Positions 7,070-16,336 of a DNA stretch of 29,640 nt are shown here, one piece after another. Position 1 is the stretch's first letter. The number at the start of each line of letters is the position of its first letter. The position numbers and the translations under genes were made by a program. Origin of the DNA: a virus; IMG/VR virus record IMGVR_UViG_2922401287_000005, positions 1-29,640 of that record; one strand, given 5' to 3'. The notes beneath the pieces are model-generated. The model searched no databases. It had not been told where the DNA came from and worked only from the letters and a program-made list of their open reading frames with translations.

Positions 7070-8106
7070 TGCATCACCACTCCCCAGATTTGGCCGTTAC
7101 CCGAGCCGGTGTTTGTCGTGGTGAAGCCGGCTGTCGCGCTCATCCACGCGATCTCTGCGTGGTGCAGCACGAGCTCGGACAGGTCCGTCGCAATCTGCTG
7201 CGAGATCGTCGTGAACATTTGGCCGATCGTGCCGCTAAACGCTCCGTTCTGGCCCCACGTCTCGAGACCGCTGTTGTTCGATCCATCAATCCACAGCTCA
7301 AGCCATGACGTGGAAGCGGTCGTCCCGTTGTCGGCGAGGTCGATCGTCTGGCTGAACCCGAGCTGCACGGCGGTGCCGGCCCAGGTGATGAACTGGACGC
7401 GCTCCGCGCCGCCCCCCATCTCGGTGAATGAGGCCGTCGTCGTGGTGTACTGGCCGCCGGTGAGCTTGAGCAGCGGTCGCGGCCGCTGATTGAACCACGA
7501 CGCGCAGAAGCGCTGGGTTGGCGTGTCAAAAATGGTATTGCCGTTGAGGAGAAAGACCATTCCGACCAAGGAGCGGCTCTCGTCAGCGACTTTGACCTCG
7601 ATACCCAGATTTCCCGGCGCGGCGCTCGAGGTGTGCCCACTCTGCGAGAACTCCAGCGCGATCGCGCCAGTCCCGTTGACGAAGGCGTAGATGTAATAGC
7701 ATCCCTGCGTCAGGCCGGAGGGGACAATGGCAAGCACCCCATTGGCCGGGATCGTGTAGAGCTTGCCGTTGATTTGCAGCGCGTTGCCCCGGTAGGGGAT
7801 GAGCTGAACAGTGAACGTATTCGGAGCGATCAGCCGACCGCAGTGAACCGGCTGGGGCCCGACATTGATGTTGAGCAGTGCAGAACCGTCGACCGCCGGC
7901 AGCTTGCCGGAATTGTCGAGCTGAACGACGTTGCCCGGCTGGGCGCCGACATCCTCGGCCGCCGCGGTGCCCAGCGTGGGCAGTCCGGCCAGCGACGAAT
8001 ACTGCGTCGGCGCGGTGGTCACAGGAACGACAATCTGCAGCGCGGGGCTGTCCTGACTGACGACGACCGCGGGATCGGCAGTGACGACAATCGGAGCTGG
8101 GCTCAT
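7066..8106 (-). CDS. Tail fibre / receptor-binding protein 2
   Basis: LGTAAAEDVGAQPGNVVQLDNSGKLPAVDGS fibre shaft motif, YYIYAF...SLVGMV...SWFN block, and a beta-rich C-terminal domain. Confidence 0.75.
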   Translation of the reverse strand: MSPAPIVVTADPAVVVSQDSPALQIVVPVTTAPTQYSSLAGLPTLGTAAAEDVGAQPGNVVQLDNSGKLPAVDGSALLNINVGPQPVHCGRLIAPNTFTVQLIPYRGNALQINGKLYTIPANGVLAIVPSGLTQGCYYIYAFVNGTGAIALEFSQSGHTSSAAPGNLGIEVKVADESRSLVGMVFLLNGNTIFDTPTQRFCASWFNQRPRPLLKLTGGQYTTTTASFTEMGGGAERVQFITWAGTAVQLGFSQTIDLADNGTTASTSWLELWIDGSNNSGLETWGQNGAFSGTIGQMFTTISQQIATDLSELVLHHAEIAWMSATAGFTTTNTGSGNGQIWGVVMQ

Positions 8107-8480
8107 CGGGAGGCACCCAAGTTATTTTGCAGCGTGCCGCTCCAGACCGGGAGCGTCAGCGCCGGCCGACCGTTCGAGGCCGGCAGATTGCAGACGAGCG
8201 ACTGCTGGAAGAGCCCCGTGGGGCTCTTCTGCATTCGCACTTTCTTGATGAGGACGGAGAAGATCCCGTTCGGGCCGTCCCAGATCGAAATCACCCCGGC
8301 GTCCGAGAGCGTCGAGGTGAGCATGAACAGCGCTGCCGGGTCCTGCATCGTGCGGCGCACGCCCATGATGAACGTGGCGCCGACGATGGAGATCGGCGTG
8401 ATGCCGTCTGCTTCAGTGAACTGAAACAGGGTGTAGAAATCGGCATCGTTGCTGATCGTGATGTTGACGGTTGCGGGCAT
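8103..8480 (-). CDS. Baseplate/fibre adaptor (BppU N-terminal-like Ig fold), 125 aa
   Basis: MPATVNITISNDADF..F.F...PISIVGATFIMGVR...I.I.DGPNG.F.V...G pattern; SD AAGGTGG before ATG 8480. Confidence 0.6.
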   Translation of the reverse strand: MPATVNITISNDADFYTLFQFTEADGITPISIVGATFIMGVRRTMQDPAALFMLTSTLSDAGVISIWDGPNGIFSVLIKKVRMQKSPTGLFQQSLVCNLPASNGRPALTLPVWSGTLQNNLGASR

Positions 8481-8494
8481 CTCGCCACCTTCCG

Positions 8495-10765
8495 TTAGTT
8501 GTACTGGCCGCCGCTCTGCGCAGTGCCGGCGATCGAGCCCGGGAAGAAGTTCACGCCCTGACCCTGCGTGGTGATGGTGCCGTTCACTGACGCCAGCCAC
8601 TTCGCGCCCGTGACGTTGCCCGGGCTCACGAAGGTCGGGACGCCGACCGCCGGAACCGAGATGCTGCCGCCGCTCGATGCGACGCCCCACGCCGTGCACG
8701 TCAGCGCGACCGAGATCGTGAACACCGAGTTTTGCGCCAGGCCCACGAAACCACCGAACACGGCGTTGAGAGCCTGCGAGAAGTTACCCGCATAGGTGTG
8801 GTTGCCGACCGACACGAAGCACGGACCGAAGGCTTCGTGGACGGAGAACTGCACGAAGCCGGAAATCGTGTTCGCCGTGTTCAGCTGGGCGCCGGAGCCC
8901 TGCGCGATGAACAGGCAGGGAGGACCGCTGCCGGTCCCGGTAGTGCCCTTGAGGTTCTGCACCGTCATCTGGTTGGGACCATTGACGGCGAAGGTGTGGG
9001 CGTTGTTGGCGCCGGTCACCAGCACGTTGGCGGGGCTGGCAGCGTTGCCGGTGATGATGATTCCCGGGCCGGGGAACGACGGCGTCGAGACGGCCTCGTT
9101 GTAGGTTCCGTCCGCGAGCTGGATCGTGATGCTGAACACACTGGGCGGGAAGCTCCACGCCTTGTTGATCGCGGTCTGGATCTTCTGCAGCGGCCCCTTG
9201 GTGCCAGAGATGGTCGGCTGCGATCCATCGAAGTTGTCGTTGCCAATCGACGAATTGACGAAGATCGTCAGGTTCTGCTGCAGGGGCAGCAGCTGGTTCA
9301 CGATCTGCCAGTTGGCGCCGTCGTAGAGCATCCACAACATCTCGCCGGCGCGCGCCGCGCCGAAGCCGAGCGGCTGGCCGGCAAGGCTCAGAACCGGGAT
9401 GACGGTGCCGCCGCTGACCTGCAGGGTCGTCGGACCGGTGATCGGGTTCGCCAGCTTGACGATGATCGCAGCGCCTGCCGAAAGCGAGGTGATCGTCGGC
9501 GACGGCGTGACGGTGATGACGTTCGAGCTGGTCGAGGTGTCGGTGCCGAACGGAATGCCGACGGTATTGTTCGTCGTATTGGTGACGCCGCCGGAGCCCT
9601 GATAGTTTTTGATCTGCCAGTTCGCGCCATCGTAGATTAGGCCAACCACCTCGTTGGCCGAGATGTCGCCGGCGACGCTGGGGTTGCCGCTGGCGCGCTT
9701 GATGGAAACTACGCCGAGCCCGTTCAGGTTCAACGTCGCCGCACCGGAGATAGTGGTGCTCGACTGGATGTGGACTTCCATGCCGGGCACGAGCGCGCTC
9801 GGCACCGGAGAGACGTTCGCCACAAGCGCGTTGGTCGAAAACGCAATCGCGTCGCCGGAGTTGACGGTGGCGTTGACATTGGCCGAGAGCGTAACGGTGG
9901 TTGCGGTCTTGGATAGCACCGTCTGGCCGCCGCTGATGGCAGCCGGATTGGTGAGGTTGGCAGCCTTCATGCCGACCGCAACGTTCGCCGGCACGCTCGT
10001 GAACGTCAGCACGGCGCTCGAGGTAGCGGTCGAGGCGGACGTTGACGGCGCGAAGGTGCCGTTGGAGGTGTCCAGTCCGTAGAGCCACTTGCCCGACTGC
10101 ACGCCGGCCGGCACGTCCGGCAGCTTGGTCGAGATGAAAGGCGCCGAGACAAGCGCCACGATGTTGGCCGACGTGATCTGGGTGGCGCCGTTGGCAACCG
10201 TGATCGCGTACAGCCCCGTGAAGCCGGCGTCCGGCGACGGAGTGGCCTGCGTGCCGGTGGCGGCCGACAGGCCAGCCTTCAGAGCCACCACGCACTTCAC
10301 CTGACGGATGGTGAAGTTGCTGCTGCCCGCGTTAGCCGGACCCGAGAACGGGGCCGAGGGGTTGGCGGCATTGAAGTAGCTCAGCACCTGCGCGCCGGCG
10401 TCCACGTCCTGCAGGATCGCCTGCACGAGATAGACCTGGCTGAAGCCAGAGGTCCCCGGCGGGGTGATCGTCAGCTGCTGGGCCGACTGCAGGATGCCCT
10501 GCTTGTAGATCGTGGTGTTGTCCACGCCGAGGTCGCCATAGGCGCTCGCGTCAGTCGGGTCCTGCGCATAGATCGAGCCGACACCGACCGAAACGTGGAG
10601 GTCCGGCGTGGGCGACGTCGGCAGACAGACCAGTCCGTCGACATAGGTGTTGGTGCCGAGGATGGCTCGCATGCCGTAGGCCAGCGCCTGCATCATGAAC
10701 TTGTTGGTGTTCAGGACGTCGGTGGTCTGCGGCAGCGCGCCGGTATAGACGATAGCTCGATCCAT
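8495..10765 (-). CDS. Main tail fibre with repeated modules and a C-terminal beta-helix-like domain (756 aa)
   Basis: MDRAIVYTGALPQTTD baseplate-anchor N-terminus directly after gpI; two YDGANWQI modules; IFVNSSIGNDNFDG...IQTAINKA...ITIQLADGTYNE beta-helix cap. Confidence 0.85.
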   Translation of the reverse strand: MDRAIVYTGALPQTTDVLNTNKFMMQALAYGMRAILGTNTYVDGLVCLPTSPTPDLHVSVGVGSIYAQDPTDASAYGDLGVDNTTIYKQGILQSAQQLTITPPGTSGFSQVYLVQAILQDVDAGAQVLSYFNAANPSAPFSGPANAGSSNFTIRQVKCVVALKAGLSAATGTQATPSPDAGFTGLYAITVANGATQITSANIVALVSAPFISTKLPDVPAGVQSGKWLYGLDTSNGTFAPSTSASTATSSAVLTFTSVPANVAVGMKAANLTNPAAISGGQTVLSKTATTVTLSANVNATVNSGDAIAFSTNALVANVSPVPSALVPGMEVHIQSSTTISGAATLNLNGLGVVSIKRASGNPSVAGDISANEVVGLIYDGANWQIKNYQGSGGVTNTTNNTVGIPFGTDTSTSSNVITVTPSPTITSLSAGAAIIVKLANPITGPTTLQVSGGTVIPVLSLAGQPLGFGAARAGEMLWMLYDGANWQIVNQLLPLQQNLTIFVNSSIGNDNFDGSQPTISGTKGPLQKIQTAINKAWSFPPSVFSITIQLADGTYNEAVSTPSFPGPGIIITGNAASPANVLVTGANNAHTFAVNGPNQMTVQNLKGTTGTGSGPPCLFIAQGSGAQLNTANTISGFVQFSVHEAFGPCFVSVGNHTYAGNFSQALNAVFGGFVGLAQNSVFTISVALTCTAWGVASSGGSISVPAVGVPTFVSPGNVTGAKWLASVNGTITTQGQGVNFFPGSIAGTAQSGGQYN

Positions 10766-10862
10766 TTGCGCAAAGGTCCTCGGTTGCGCCCGCGCTACTC
10801 GCGCTGGCGACATTCGGAAGTGTTTGGGGTGTGGTGGGGTGAAGCCGCGCTGAGCCGCGGCC

Positions 10863-12137
10863 TCAGAGGATCTGCAGCCAGACCGTCACGCCGGTCGGCT
10901 TGGTGAACGTGATGAGCTTCTCGATGTGTTCATCGGTCACGCCGATGAGCCGGGTTGCATTGCCGACGAACTCGACTGAGCCGGAGCCGTAGCCTCCGGT
11001 GTATCCGCCGTAGCCGTCAGCGTTCGGGACGCCCGAGTTGGCGCCGCGCAGGACCTTCATGAACACCTGGCCCGGCAGGTTCATGCTGCCGTAGCCGCCC
11101 TGACCGACGCCGTATCCCATCTGGCCGTATAGCTGCGGATTGACCGCAACAGTGACAGCCGAGCTCGTGGTCGGAGTGTATGGCGTCGGCAAACTCAAGT
11201 CGGCGTAGCTGCCAACCTCGACCTGCGCACCCCAGACGTAGATTCCGGAGGAGCCGTCCCCTTGATAGGCCGAGTTGTTAAAGACGCCATCCTGCGATAC
11301 CGCCACCAGTATGCTTGGGGTGCCGGTTCCGTTGGCCTTCACGCAGAAGGACACGCGATACCAGCCGGTGGTACCTACCGGGACGCAGAGTGCAGCGAGC
11401 GGAGCGCCGGCGCCCACAGTGATGGTGCCGTTGCCAAGGTGAACTTCCAGGATCGTGAACGGAAAAGCGCCGCCACCAGTGGTGCAGCCGAGAAGCGCGG
11501 AGCCGCGCTCGGCTGCCTTCAGGTGGCAGCTGATGACATAGTAGATGCCGTTCGCGACGCTGAAGGTCTGAGTAATCCAGTGCTGGCCGTTGGTTGCGGC
11601 CTCGACCAGCTTGTCGGCGGTCGACGTGCCGTCCGGCGCGATAGCCACATTCGGTGTGACCGAGGTGAGCGTGTCGAGCCAGATCGCATTGTCGAACTGC
11701 TGCGACCACAGCAGCATGTTCTTCGTGGTGACGCTGCCAGCCCCGCTGTAGGCGCCGGTGTCGCCCGTATTCCACGGCTCGAAAATCCACGGCGCCGAGC
11801 CGGTCAGGGTCGCGACCGCGTTCGACATGCCGCTGCGCGTGACACGCTCGGTGAAGATCGTGGCGTCGATCAGCTTGCGGAATACCTCGTCGGAGGCTGA
11901 CCCGCGCGTCAAGTGCCGCTGCAGGAAGTCGTAGCAGAGCACGTCGAGCCAGATGCCGGTCGCCGTCGCGAGCCGCGTCTGCTTCCGCGCATACGTGGTC
12001 CAGTCGAAGCACCACGCCGCGAGATCGGAAAGGCCGCCGAGAATGGTATCGCGCAGCGGCGCGCCCCACTGCCACCACCTGCGCGGCAGCAGCCTCCGGA
12101 CGCGCTCGAGGATGTTGTCGCTATCACCGATTGCCAT
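10863..12137 (-). CDS. Baseplate wedge protein (gpI-like) with an inserted carbohydrate-binding-like domain
   Basis: QTRLATATGIWLD...ERVTR...IFEP N-part and KPTGVTVW C-terminus; follows gpJ. Confidence 0.8.
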   Translation of the reverse strand: MAIGDSDNILERVRRLLPRRWWQWGAPLRDTILGGLSDLAAWCFDWTTYARKQTRLATATGIWLDVLCYDFLQRHLTRGSASDEVFRKLIDATIFTERVTRSGMSNAVATLTGSAPWIFEPWNTGDTGAYSGAGSVTTKNMLLWSQQFDNAIWLDTLTSVTPNVAIAPDGTSTADKLVEAATNGQHWITQTFSVANGIYYVISCHLKAAERGSALLGCTTGGGAFPFTILEVHLGNGTITVGAGAPLAALCVPVGTTGWYRVSFCVKANGTGTPSILVAVSQDGVFNNSAYQGDGSSGIYVWGAQVEVGSYADLSLPTPYTPTTSSAVTVAVNPQLYGQMGYGVGQGGYGSMNLPGQVFMKVLRGANSGVPNADGYGGYTGGYGSGSVEFVGNATRLIGVTDEHIEKLITFTKPTGVTVWLQIL

Positions 12138-12144
12138 CTGCTGG

Positions 12145-13344
12145 TCAGCTCACAATCACTTCGTTGGCCTTGATGGTTCCGATCACGTAGGTGAGCGCGA
12201 GGTCGTCGGTGACTGCGGTCGGCGAAAGCGAGGCGCCGTCGCCGTAGAGACCGTTCAGCAGAACGTCGACAACCGACGTCACGCCGGGCACCGAGTAGGC
12301 CCACGATGCGATGATCGACCACGGCAGCGGATTGCCGAGGCCAAGCTGGTTGATGTTGGTGCCGACTACGGCGGCGACCTGGGCGGCAACGGTGTTGTGG
12401 TCGAAACCGTCGGCAGTGCCGATCTGCATCGAGACGGTAGCTAGGGTGATCCGCGGACCGAACACACCGCACATGATGCCGAGCGGCCGCACCGCCTGCG
12501 CCGCCAGCGTCACCGTGGTCAGGAAGGCGTTGGTCGGGTTGCCGCTGCCATCGTCCGCGACGACGAAGAAGTACCCGGGGTGGTAGCTGCCATCGAGGTT
12601 ATAGCCCTCGGTGACTGCGTACTGGACATTGACACCAGAGCCTTCGATCGAGGCGTTGAGGCCAAAGAGGTCGCCGCGCGCGAGGCCCAAGATGAAGTCC
12701 GAGAACCGCTTCTTGAGCTGGCTGTCGAGCTCCTGATCGACGCCGTTGATAAAGTCGGCGACGTTTATCACCGTGTCGATGCCGGTGATCGGCGACGTCA
12801 TGACGGTGATGCTGCCCGCCTTCACGTTGCCCGACGCCCCCGCCACGACGGCCTGCACCGGCACGATCATGGAGGCGAGATTGGCCGGCAGCGTGTAGCC
12901 GTTGAGCACCGGGTCGAAATACGCGAACATCGCGTCCGCGGTGACCGTGAACTGCGTCTGTGCGCTGTCGTTGGTCCGTACGGTCGCGCCGACCGGAACA
13001 AAGCAGGTCGATGGCGCGGCCGTGAAGCGCGCGAAGGTCATCTGCCCGGACGCCGCCTGCGCCCCGAGGCGCGGCGACGGCACGCCGTTCGAGGTGCCCA
13101 CCGTCGGCATGTAGTCGGCCGTGAAGGTGTCGACGTCGACGCCGGTCGAGGTCGATAGGCGCGAGGCCTTCAGGACCTCGAGCGCCAGCGCCTGAAACCA
13201 AAGAAAGGTCCCCGCGAAGCCCTCGGCGACGGCGCGGAAGGTCGAGCCCTGCGAGAAGTTGAGCAGCTTGCTGGCGCGCCCCTGAATGCCGGAGACCGTG
13301 TCCGTGACGATCTGGTTGAAGCTCTTGGTAGGAAGCGTAGCCAT
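12145..13344 (-). CDS. Baseplate J-like protein
   Basis: RLSTSTGVDVD...RLGAQAASGQMTF...VPVQAVVAGASGNV...GVDQELDSQLKKRF pattern. Confidence 0.92.
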   Translation of the reverse strand: MATLPTKSFNQIVTDTVSGIQGRASKLLNFSQGSTFRAVAEGFAGTFLWFQALALEVLKASRLSTSTGVDVDTFTADYMPTVGTSNGVPSPRLGAQAASGQMTFARFTAAPSTCFVPVGATVRTNDSAQTQFTVTADAMFAYFDPVLNGYTLPANLASMIVPVQAVVAGASGNVKAGSITVMTSPITGIDTVINVADFINGVDQELDSQLKKRFSDFILGLARGDLFGLNASIEGSGVNVQYAVTEGYNLDGSYHPGYFFVVADDGSGNPTNAFLTTVTLAAQAVRPLGIMCGVFGPRITLATVSMQIGTADGFDHNTVAAQVAAVVGTNINQLGLGNPLPWSIIASWAYSVPGVTSVVDVLLNGLYGDGASLSPTAVTDDLALTYVIGTIKANEVIVS

Positions 13345-13351
13345 TCAGCCC

Positions 13352-13720
13352 TCACGCCGTGATCGTGAAAGAGACGGAGGCGCCGGTCTTGGCGTCCCAG
13401 TATTGGATGTCGATCGAGACGAACCCCGGATCGGTAAGCGACCGGGTCACGTTCAGTTGCGCAGGCGGGTTCGGAGCGACGGAGGCTTCGAGTGCGAGCT
13501 GCGCCGCGCACACCGCCTTGATCTGCGGGACCGAGAGCACCGAGCCGATCTTCTGCGGCAGGCCTGCGCCGTAGTCGGGATGCCAGAGGTAGCCCTTCAC
13601 GGCCGTGAACAGCCGGCGCTCCAGCCTCTGACGGACCTCGACGTCGCCGTCCACGACCAACAGGTCGCCCGTGGCATCGAGCTGAAAATCCTCATGCCAC
13701 TCCAGCGAGACGTCTGCCAT
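13352..13720 (-). CDS. Baseplate wedge / sheath initiator (gp25/gpW-like)
   Basis: DFQLDATGDLLVVDG...QRLERRLFT..GYLWHPDYGAGL; located before gpJ. Confidence 0.85.
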   Translation of the reverse strand: MADVSLEWHEDFQLDATGDLLVVDGDVEVRQRLERRLFTAVKGYLWHPDYGAGLPQKIGSVLSVPQIKAVCAAQLALEASVAPNPPAQLNVTRSLTDPGFVSIDIQYWDAKTGASVSFTITA

Positions 13721-13721
13721 G

Positions 13722-14324
13722 TCACCATCCAGTCGTTACGTCATAGGCGATGAGCGCAGTCACCGTGGTGAGCGCGCTAAGGGCCGCCTTCTTCTGTGCG
13801 TAGGTTTGCAGGACCTTGAGGTCGTGCTCGTTGAACGCGCCCGCGACGTTCTGCAGATCGGCCGCGGTCAGCGTGATCGGCACGGCCAGGCCGAGCGGGA
13901 TCAGCCCGACCGACGACAGGTTCGTGACCGACGCGAAATAGCGCGACACGGCGAGATCGGAAGGGTCGAAGGCGAAGATACCGCTCGAGATCGACACCGT
14001 GAACGGCATCTGGCGGTTGATGCCGTAGAGCACGTCGAGCAGCGCGAGCCTGATCGCAAGGGCCTGCTTCACGGTCAGCGCCGGCGTCGCCGCCGCCATC
14101 GCCGTGAGCCACTGGTTGAGGTATCCCAGATAGGGCGTCGGATCGTCGAACCGCTCGGGGATCGCGACGCGGTCGTTGTAGTAGACCTCGCCGCCCTTCG
14201 TCACGTCGTACGACACGAAGGCGATATTGCTCGGCAGGCGATTGATGATCGGAGCCGGCACGGTGAATACGCGCATCACCGAGTTGGCCGTGTTGATCGA
14301 GAACTTGAGATTGAGGCTCGACAT
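13722..14324 (-). CDS. Phage protein with a DUF4376-like (fibre chaperone-like) C-terminus, 200 aa
   Basis: ATG 14324 coupled to the spike stop; ends ITLTAADLQNVAGA...YAQKKAALSALTTVTALIAYDVTTGW. Confidence 0.55.
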   Translation of the reverse strand: MSSLNLKFSINTANSVMRVFTVPAPIINRLPSNIAFVSYDVTKGGEVYYNDRVAIPERFDDPTPYLGYLNQWLTAMAAATPALTVKQALAIRLALLDVLYGINRQMPFTVSISSGIFAFDPSDLAVSRYFASVTNLSSVGLIPLGLAVPITLTAADLQNVAGAFNEHDLKVLQTYAQKKAALSALTTVTALIAYDVTTGW

Positions 14325-15085
14325 CAGGCAGGCACCGTGAAGGGCGGGATGGTGGGCTGGCTGCTCGGCGGGGAGACCGAGCTGTCGCTGACGCTGCCGC
14401 CGCCCTGCGCGGTGACGCCGCCGGACGCATCGAGGCCGACCGATCCGGAGGCCTGCACTTCGACATTGCCGCCAGCGCCGACGCCGGCATCGCCGCCGGC
14501 TTTGGCGATGAAGTTCTTCTGCGGCAGCAGCTTCACGTTGGCGCTCGCATCGACCTCGAGGTCCTTGCAGGCGATCTTGATGTTGCCGTTGCCGTCGAGC
14601 GTGATGGTCGCGCCGTTGCCATCGGTGAGGACGGCCGAGCCGTCCTTCTTGAAGTAGATCATCTGGCCTTTGCCGGCCTGTGCGCCGTTGGCGCTCTCGG
14701 CGCCGCCGTCCGACTTCTGGAAGCGGGTCCAGATCACCATCTCGCCGGATTGAACCTCCGGCGGCTTCTGGTCGTCGGAGTGCACGCGCTGGACGATCTT
14801 GCCGCCCTCGAAGTCGCCCTCCTGATAACGGACGACGACCTGATCGCCCGTGGTCTTGCCGTCTCCGGGCTGGAGACCGACCGCGATGCCGTAGCCGTCG
14901 CCGATGTGGCCGGTCTCGATCGGCAGCCAGCCGCTCTCCTGCCCTTCGGGCATGAACGTGACCTTGGCGAGGTGCTTCTTCGGGTCGTAGCTGGTGACGA
15001 GGCCGTGGCGCTCTGCGTAGCGGCTCGCGCTCCAGCGTTCGACGACGCCGAGAATGACGCGCTCGAGGTCGCCGTCTCCCATCAT
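14324..15085 (-). CDS. Baseplate central spike (gpV-like)
   Basis: GLVTSYDPKKHLAKVTF.PEGQESGWLPI...GDQVVV OB-fold followed by beta-strand repeats. Confidence 0.88.
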   Translation of the reverse strand: MMGDGDLERVILGVVERWSASRYAERHGLVTSYDPKKHLAKVTFMPEGQESGWLPIETGHIGDGYGIAVGLQPGDGKTTGDQVVVRYQEGDFEGGKIVQRVHSDDQKPPEVQSGEMVIWTRFQKSDGGAESANGAQAGKGQMIYFKKDGSAVLTDGNGATITLDGNGNIKIACKDLEVDASANVKLLPQKNFIAKAGGDAGVGAGGNVEVQASGSVGLDASGGVTAQGGGSVSDSSVSPPSSQPTIPPFTVPA

Positions 15086-16107
15086 GTTGCTGATCGTCCT
15101 GATTTGGCGGAGCGCGCCGTGATGTGGCTGGTGTGACCCGACATGCCGAACTCATGGACGACGGTGTCGATGTCGAAGGTTTGGTCGTAGTAGCGGGTGC
15201 CCTGAAGCGAGAGCCCCATGCCGGCGGCGACCGCAGGGTCGCCGACCACGGTGGCCCGCACCTTGAGTTCGTGGCGCGCCTTCTCGTTGGCTTGCGCCTT
15301 GGCGTGCGCCTCGACCTGATCCTGCTTCAGCGTCGGGACATGGTAGCTGTAGCGCTTGGTCCCGCCGAAGCCGGGAATGACGGCGGTGTGCTGGTGGACC
15401 TTCTTGTCCTTTGGGTGCCAGGCCTTGAAGTCGACCTCGATGGTCTTGCCGGCTTGCTTGTTCTCGGTCACGCGCAGATGCAGGCAGTCTGACTTGATTG
15501 GCATCGAGCTTTGATCGACGAAGATCGAGTAGGTGCTGGTCGGGCTATTCAGCTTCGCGTAGTGGAACTGGCCCTGCGCATCGACCCACCACCGCGCGCC
15601 ATCGCGCTCGGCGAGCTTGTGGATGACATAGGCGTAGCTGACGTTGTCGGAGAGCTTGACGAAGTCCTGCTCGAGGATCTTGCCCGCCATATTCTGCATG
15701 TCGTCGAACTTGCCGACCATGCCGATGCGGCCGATCAGGTCCTTCACAACGTCAGTGGTCGATTTGTTGACCCACTTCTCGCTCGACTTATTGTCGTGCA
15801 GTCCAGCCGACTTGTCGCGACCTGTGACGGTGATCTTCCGGCCGATGTAGTCGAAGTCGACGTCGTTGATCTGACCGGTGATGAGTCTGCTGGTCGCCCC
15901 GCGCGTCATCACGTCGATGGTAACTTCGTCGCTGCCGCCGATCTGGGCGAGCGCGTCGTAGGCGCCCTCCTCGTTGATCGGGATGATGCAGTGGAACTGC
16001 GAGCTCTTGCGCTGCGCGCTCTGCTGAACCTGGCCGCGCTCGATGAGAAAGCGGCCGCCGGCATTCAGCCACGCCGAATGCTTGCCGACGCCAGACGTGA
16101 TCGCCAT
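15082..16107 (-). CDS. Baseplate hub (gpD-like late control protein)
   Basis: LITGQINDVDFD...ITVTGRD...GQFHY...FDIDTVVHEF...SHITA; located between gpX and the spike. Confidence 0.85.
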   Translation of the reverse strand: MAITSGVGKHSAWLNAGGRFLIERGQVQQSAQRKSSQFHCIIPINEEGAYDALAQIGGSDEVTIDVMTRGATSRLITGQINDVDFDYIGRKITVTGRDKSAGLHDNKSSEKWVNKSTTDVVKDLIGRIGMVGKFDDMQNMAGKILEQDFVKLSDNVSYAYVIHKLAERDGARWWVDAQGQFHYAKLNSPTSTYSIFVDQSSMPIKSDCLHLRVTENKQAGKTIEVDFKAWHPKDKKVHQHTAVIPGFGGTKRYSYHVPTLKQDQVEAHAKAQANEKARHELKVRATVVGDPAVAAGMGLSLQGTRYYDQTFDIDTVVHEFGMSGHTSHITARSAKSGRSAT

Positions 16108-16114
16108 GAAATGA

Positions 16115-16336
16115 TTACAGCCCGAGGATGCCGGTCTGGACGCCTTGCGGCAGCACCGGAGGAATTTTGAGGTCGACCTGGCCGTCGATCCACGGATCGG
16201 TCAGCCCGTTGAGAGCTGCGATGGCGACCCACTGCAGCGGATCACCGGTCTCCTGCATGGCGACCTCGAACAGGGTCGTGCCGGAGATGCGGACGATCTT
16301 GGCCGGGATCGTCGCCGCGATGTAGCCGGTGCTCAT
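16115..16336 (-). CDS. LysM-like tail protein X
   Basis: GTTLFEVAMQETGDPLQWVAIAALNGLTDPWI...LKIP. Confidence 0.85.
   Translation of the reverse strand: MSTGYIAATIPAKIVRISGTTLFEVAMQETGDPLQWVAIAALNGLTDPWIDGQVDLKIPPVLPQGVQTGILGL

Noticed and set aside
7066-10765. Diversity-generating retroelement or invertible fibre cassette
   Set aside because: No reverse transcriptase, invertase, adenine-specific template/variable repeat pair or flanking inverted sites seen in the window.
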